Shown: positions 59,314-64,000 of the stretch, in pieces
Numbering within the stretch: the first letter of the stretch is position 1
Layout: each line of letters starts with the position of its first letter
Source: Clostridia bacterium
GTDB lineage: Bacteria; Bacillota; Clostridia; Oscillospirales; Acutalibacteraceae
Length of the DNA stretch: 64,000 nt
Direction of reading: 5' to 3'
Assembly: GCA_017409265.1 (NCBI GenBank)
Contig: JAFQSY010000089.1
Coordinates: 5,128-69,127 of the forward strand
Translations under genes and position numbers: made by a program
The notes under the pieces: model-generated
Databases searched by the model: none
Told to the model about the DNA's origin: nothing
What the model saw: only the letters and a program-made list of their open reading frames with translations

Positions 59314-61413
59314 ATGAAAAGAAAAGGATTTTATAAAAGCGGAAAATATCCCCAGAGAATATGTGATTATTTTACCGTAGGCAACGGTCTGCTTTCAAAC
59401 AAAGCCAACTGTCTTGCGGGCGGTGCTGACGGAACGGTTTATATCGGCACCGACGGCGGTCTAAACTATACAAAGGCTGACGGCTCAATCGGTTCGTTCA
59501 AGTGCGATGCCGTAAAAACAGCCTATTCTGCAAAAGACGGTACCGTTTATTTTGCAACGACAAATACCGTTTACGCTGCAAAAAGCGAAGAAATCACCGA
59601 GCTTCAGAGCTTTGAAGGCAAGCTTTTTGAGTTCAGCGGCATTGATGAAATTTATCTTCTTGCAGAAAATGCACTCTATAAGCTCGAAAACGGAAAATTT
59701 GAAAGATTCTTCCACAACGAAGCTGCCGCAACAAACCTTGCATGCACAAATAACAAAATTACTGCATCAAACAGCAAAACTCTCAACATAGTCAACGGAA
59801 AAAGAAAGCATTGGATGAGCATTTTCCCCGAGCATTCAACAATGCCCGATTTCAAAATCAACTGCATCGCATTCGATGAAACTCTTGGTTTTCTCTGGCT
59901 TGGTACAGACAAGGGAGCATACATTTTTGACTGCAAAAATAATTGGTTCGGCCACAGTCAGATTGATGCTCTCCCCGAGGAAGAGATTTACAGAATACGC
60001 TTTGCAGATGACGGAAGAGTTATTCTTTCATCAGAGGCCGGTCTCATTATTGTAAATAACGGTTCAAGAAAATATCTACCTGCTACCCGCTGGGCAATGG
60101 AAAAAGATATCAACGATGCAATCGCTGTCGGCGATTCAATCTGGACTGCAACAAATTCGGGCGTTACTAAAATCACTGAAAAAGAAATGACACTCCGTGA
60201 AAAAGCAGATTACTGCTTCAATCTTGTTGAAGAAAAATATGTACGCACACTCGGCTATGTTACTGGTCTTGGCAACATTGAAAACTGCGACATCAACACA
60301 GGAAAACCCAACATAACGGATAATGACGGGCTTTGGACACAGATTTATATCGGCTCTCTTGCATATGCTTATGCTGTTACAAAGGACGAAAAATTTCTTG
60401 AAGCTGCAAGACGTTCAATGAAAGCAATGGGCTATCTCACAAAGATTACCGGTGTCAAAGGCTTCACGGCAAGAGCAGTTCGCTTTGAAGGCGAGCCCGG
60501 ATACGGTACTGTTGTCAAGCGCGACGGCTCCGAATGGCATCCTGCGCCCAACGGCGAATGCGAATGGCTCGGAGAAACCTCAAGTGATGAAATGACAGGT
60601 CATTTCTTCGGTTTCTCACTCTATTATGATTTCTGCGCAAACGACGAAGAAAAAGAATATATAAAAGAAATTATCTGTGACATTGTTGACCATATTCTTG
60701 AAAATAATTACAGACTCTGCGATGTTGACGGACTGCCGACGACATGGGCAATTTGGGATCCCGAGCAGCTCAACAGAAACAGCATGTGGCTTTGGGAAAA
60801 ATGCATAAATTCCCTTGAAATGCTTACTTTCCTTGAGGTTGCTTATCATGTTTCGGGTGATGAAAAATACAGAAATGAATTTCTCCGCCTTGCCATTGAC
60901 GAGCATTATCTCCTCAATGCCGCACAGCACAAAAAGGATGACGGTCACACATGCCATATCGACGATAATCTCGGTTTCCTCTGCACGGCAACAATTCTCC
61001 GCCTCGAGAATGACTCTGCAATCAGAAAATATCTTCTCATGGGCATGAAGCATCATTGGGAATACGAAAGACCCGAGCACAGCGTTCTTTACAACATTAT
61101 CTATACCGCATTTACCGACGATGTGACTGATCTTGACTATGCAATCAAGACTCTCTATGACTATCCCCTTGATTTCGTTAACAGACCTCTTTTCAATTCT
61201 TCAAGAAAAGGTCTTGTTTACGATACAGAGCAGGAGCGATGGGGCGAAAGACCTCAGCTTAAAGAGGCTCTTGACATAGATGCGAGAGTAGTTCATAACT
61301 ACGACAGCAACCCATTCCGCGCAGACGAAGGTCACGGAAAGAGTGCATGCTCACCCACGCCATTCCTTCTTCCTTATTGGCTCGGAAGATATTACGGAGT
61401 TATTGAGGAATAA
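59314..61413 (+). CDS. Cytoplasmic beta-propeller plus (alpha/alpha)-barrel protein, putative carbohydrate-active enzyme
   Basis: VYIGTDGG/LWLGTDKG/IWTATNSG propeller repeats; DNDGLWT, W.GETSSDE..GH, LLPYWLGRY in the helical domain. Confidence 0.55.
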   Translation: MKRKGFYKSGKYPQRICDYFTVGNGLLSNKANCLAGGADGTVYIGTDGGLNYTKADGSIGSFKCDAVKTAYSAKDGTVYFATTNTVYAAKSEEITELQSFEGKLFEFSGIDEIYLLAENALYKLENGKFERFFHNEAAATNLACTNNKITASNSKTLNIVNGKRKHWMSIFPEHSTMPDFKINCIAFDETLGFLWLGTDKGAYIFDCKNNWFGHSQIDALPEEEIYRIRFADDGRVILSSEAGLIIVNNGSRKYLPATRWAMEKDINDAIAVGDSIWTATNSGVTKITEKEMTLREKADYCFNLVEEKYVRTLGYVTGLGNIENCDINTGKPNITDNDGLWTQIYIGSLAYAYAVTKDEKFLEAARRSMKAMGYLTKITGVKGFTARAVRFEGEPGYGTVVKRDGSEWHPAPNGECEWLGETSSDEMTGHFFGFSLYYDFCANDEEKEYIKEIICDIVDHILENNYRLCDVDGLPTTWAIWDPEQLNRNSMWLWEKCINSLEMLTFLEVAYHVSGDEKYRNEFLRLAIDEHYLLNAAQHKKDDGHTCHIDDNLGFLCTATILRLENDSAIRKYLLMGMKHHWEYERPEHSVLYNIIYTAFTDDVTDLDYAIKTLYDYPLDFVNRPLFNSSRKGLVYDTEQERWGERPQLKEALDIDARVVHNYDSNPFRADEGHGKSACSPTPFLLPYWLGRYYGVIEE

Positions 61414-61419
61414 TAATTT

Positions 61420-61486
61420 ACGGGAACACGATTTGTGTTCCCGTTTTCTTACATAAAGACCGCCGAAGCATGTGCCTCGGCGGTCT
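61420..61486. terminator. Two back-to-back terminators between convergent genes
   Basis: ACGGGAACAC/GTGTTCCCGT plus T-tract; AGACCGCCGA/TCGGCGGTCT. Confidence 0.75.
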
Positions 61487-61500
61487 AATTTTCTGTTTGA

Positions 61501-62028
61501 TTATTTTTCTTCTTTCTTCTTATGGAAGAGAATCTTATCAACGGGGAAATAGAGGAAGAACTGAACTGCTGAGCAAATCATTGTTGCAATATTCTTTGCG
61601 GCAACTTCTTCAAGTCCCCAACCTACAAACACTTCTTTAAGAGTGGGGTTAAGCCATGCCGAGAAGAAGATAAGACCAATTGTGAAAATTATGTAAATAG
61701 GAAGTGCAACAGCAACATTTGCTCCCGAGTTGAAGGTCTTTTCCTTGTTAACAAAGAAAGCAACAATCTGCGCGATAATGTTTGCAACATTGCTTACGAT
61801 GAAATAGCCGAGACCGCCGACTGCAACGGGATAAACGAATACCCACCATGCAAAATCCTGATTATAAAGCTCTGCAATAGGCGGAATAAGGTTAAGTGTA
61901 TTAAGAAGAACGAACTGAACAATCATTGCAAGAAGGCTTACAACAATAAACTTTACAAACTGCCAGATTGTGACGAGAAGCGAGCCCTTACTTTCGGCAG
62001 CCTTGTCGATTTGATTTAATTTTCCCAT
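61501..62028 (-). CDS. GtrA-like small membrane protein
   Basis: WQFVKF.VV, F.VNK..TF, 4 TM segments. Confidence 0.65.
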   Translation of the reverse strand: MGKLNQIDKAAESKGSLLVTIWQFVKFIVVSLLAMIVQFVLLNTLNLIPPIAELYNQDFAWWVFVYPVAVGGLGYFIVSNVANIIAQIVAFFVNKEKTFNSGANVAVALPIYIIFTIGLIFFSAWLNPTLKEVFVGWGLEEVAAKNIATMICSAVQFFLYFPVDKILFHKKKEEK

Positions 62029-62121
62029 GTTAAAAATCTCCTAACATTTATTTTCAATGTATTATATCACACGTTCATATATATTGGCAAGTCAAAAATC
62101 AGCAATTAATTTTGTGCAATA

Positions 62122-63423
62122 TTACTCAACTATTTCAATAAGGACAGATAATTTATCCTTCTTTTCATTACCGATTTTTACTGATTTCATGAACTGCTGC
62201 TTTGCATTTTCAAAAAGCTTTTCATCTGAATAGTAAAGAACGGCAATTTTCTCACCCATTTCAATTCTGTCTCCTGTCTTTTTGTGAAGAATAATACCCG
62301 CTGACGGGTCAATTACATCCTCCTTGCGAAGTCTGCCTGCACCGAGCTCAACACAGACCGCACCAATACCCTCGGCATTCATATAAGAGATGTATCCGCT
62401 TTCCCATGCCGTGATTTCACACTCATAAGCGGCTCTTGTGAATAACGTGGTGTCAAAGATATAATCAGAGCATCCGCCCTGAAGCGTAACCATTTCTGCA
62501 AGCTTTTTGAGAGCAGATCCGTCGTCGATTTTTGACATTGCAAGAGCCTTGCATTCTTCAAAAGTGCCCTTCCCTGCAAGCTCAAGCAGTTTTGCGGCAA
62601 GAAGAACGGAAAGCTCTGTCAAATCCTCGGGTCCGTTACCTTTAAGAGTTTCAACAGCTTCAATCACTTCAAGGGAGTTTCCGATATAATATCCGAGAGG
62701 AACATCCATATCGGTTATGAGCGCTGCAATTTTTCTGCCAGCACCCCTGCCGATTTCAACCATCTTTTCGGCAAGCTGCTTTGCCGAAGCTTTATCTTTC
62801 ATAAATGCACCGCTGCCGCATTTGACATCAAGAACGATGCAGTCCGCTCCGCCCGCAAGCTTTTTGCTCATTACGCTTGACGCAATAAGAGGAATATTAT
62901 CAACTGTTGCCGTAACATCACGCAGACCGTAAAGTTTTTTATCCGCAGGGCAAAGTCTGCCCGACTGACCCGCAACGCACAGACCGCACTTATTGACAAT
63001 TTCCGTAAACTCATCTGACGACAGAGATGTTTTAAAGCCGGGAATTGACTCAAGCTTATCGACGGTACCACCCGTGTGACCAAGTCCTCTACCGCTCATT
63101 TTTGCAATTTTCACTCCGCACTCGGCAACAATCGGCGCAACTATCAGCGTTGTTTTATCTCCTACTCCGCCTGTTGAATGCTTATCACCTTTTATTCCGT
63201 CGATTGCAGAAAGGTCTGCCACATCCCCCGAGTGTGCCATTGCCTGTGTAAGATTGAGAGTTTCCGTTTCATCAAGCCCGTTGAGAAACATCGCCATCAG
63301 CATTGCGGAAATCTGATAATCAGGAACAGAATCATCAGCCGCAGAAAAAGCAAAAAACTCAATCTCTTCTTTTGTGAGTGAAATTCCGTCACGCTTTTTT
63401 CGGATCAAATCAATAAAATTCAT
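62122..63423 (-). CDS. pdp: Pyrimidine-nucleoside phosphorylase
   Basis: KKRDG, DKHSTGGVGDK, SGRGLGHTGGT.DKLE, DVKCGSGAFM. Confidence 0.93.
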   Translation of the reverse strand: MNFIDLIRKKRDGISLTKEEIEFFAFSAADDSVPDYQISAMLMAMFLNGLDETETLNLTQAMAHSGDVADLSAIDGIKGDKHSTGGVGDKTTLIVAPIVAECGVKIAKMSGRGLGHTGGTVDKLESIPGFKTSLSSDEFTEIVNKCGLCVAGQSGRLCPADKKLYGLRDVTATVDNIPLIASSVMSKKLAGGADCIVLDVKCGSGAFMKDKASAKQLAEKMVEIGRGAGRKIAALITDMDVPLGYYIGNSLEVIEAVETLKGNGPEDLTELSVLLAAKLLELAGKGTFEECKALAMSKIDDGSALKKLAEMVTLQGGCSDYIFDTTLFTRAAYECEITAWESGYISYMNAEGIGAVCVELGAGRLRKEDVIDPSAGIILHKKTGDRIEMGEKIAVLYYSDEKLFENAKQQFMKSVKIGNEKKDKLSVLIEIVE

Positions 63424-63424
63424 T

Positions 63425-63835
63425 TTATACCTCACGTTTGTCAAAGCTTTCAGGAAGCAATTCTGCAAGAGTCTTTATTCTGTAATCATTTTCGTTTTTT
63501 GCCATAATTATCTCAAAATCCGCAGAGCAAAATTCCTTCATAACCTGTCTGCACATACCGCATGGCGGGCAATAATTCTGAGTAATCTCGCTATCCGATT
63601 CCCCGCCGACAACCGCAATTTTAACAAAATCACGCTTTCCTTCGGAAACAGCCTTGAAAAAAGCCGTTCTTTCGGCGCAGTTCGTAGGAGAAAAAGCCGA
63701 ATTTTCAATATTGCAGCCCTTATAAACCATACCGTCAGTGCAAAGAAGTGCTGCCCCGACAGAAAAACCTGAGTAAGGAGAATAAGCTAATTTTCTTGCT
63801 TCAAGAGCAAGCTTTACAAGTTCAGAATTATTCAT
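63425..63835 (-). CDS. cdd: Cytidine deaminase
   Basis: [28 protein letters not shown]. Confidence 0.93.
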   Translation of the reverse strand: MNNSELVKLALEARKLAYSPYSGFSVGAALLCTDGMVYKGCNIENSAFSPTNCAERTAFFKAVSEGKRDFVKIAVVGGESDSEITQNYCPPCGMCRQVMKEFCSADFEIIMAKNENDYRIKTLAELLPESFDKREV

Positions 63836-64000
63836 GGGCTGTCTCCAAAGCAATTTCAATCATTTTATTGAAGGTCTGTTCTCTTTCAAGGGCGGTGCAT
63901 TCCTCGCCGCCTGCAAGCGGACAATCCGAAATTGTGCAGATTGTGAGTGCTTTTTTACCGCTTCTTGCCGCATTCATATATAGCGCTGCAGCTTCCATTT
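63828..64000 (-). CDS. deoD: Purine-nucleoside phosphorylase, C-terminal part (cut by window edge)
   Basis: Manual translation [25 protein letters not shown]...[15 protein letters not shown]. Confidence 0.88.
   Translation of the reverse strand, partial: MEAAALYMNAARSGKKALTICTISDCPLAGGEECTALEREQTFNKMIEIALETAHE

Overview
AT-rich chromosomal segment of an anaerobic Bacillota, most likely Clostridia/Oscillospirales (inferred from gene content, TepA-FtsK, miaB-ylbF-mutS-mutL-miaA and sepF-divIVA synteny). The left 5.5 kb is a decayed accessory patch beside a tRNA-Lys(TTT). It holds TnpV, DUF6809, a probable integrase stub, a secreted GH98-like glycosidase with a beta-helix enzyme, a truncated surface-protein gene and an IS3 remnant. 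Next come iolD-iolE and a run of secreted phosphoesterases and lipid hydrolases (6-22 kb). A long minus-strand housekeeping block follows (transketolase, rluD, lspA, divIVA, sepF, yggS, miaA, mutL, mutS, miaB, ftsK, tepA). The best candidate for an undescribed system is a compact four-gene operon at 52.2-57.6 kb: a radical-SAM activase, a divergent glycyl radical enzyme (Gly loop RIHGTF instead of RVxGY, Cys loop GCQEP), a sedoheptulokinase-like FGGY kinase and a mannose-6-phosphate-isomerase-like cupin. This suggests an uncharacterised radical sugar-catabolic pathway. It is flanked by a flavin reductase-rubredoxin-rubrerythrin fusion with an internal start and by a birA whose start looks non-canonical. 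All functional calls come from motif recognition by eye; no database searches were run.
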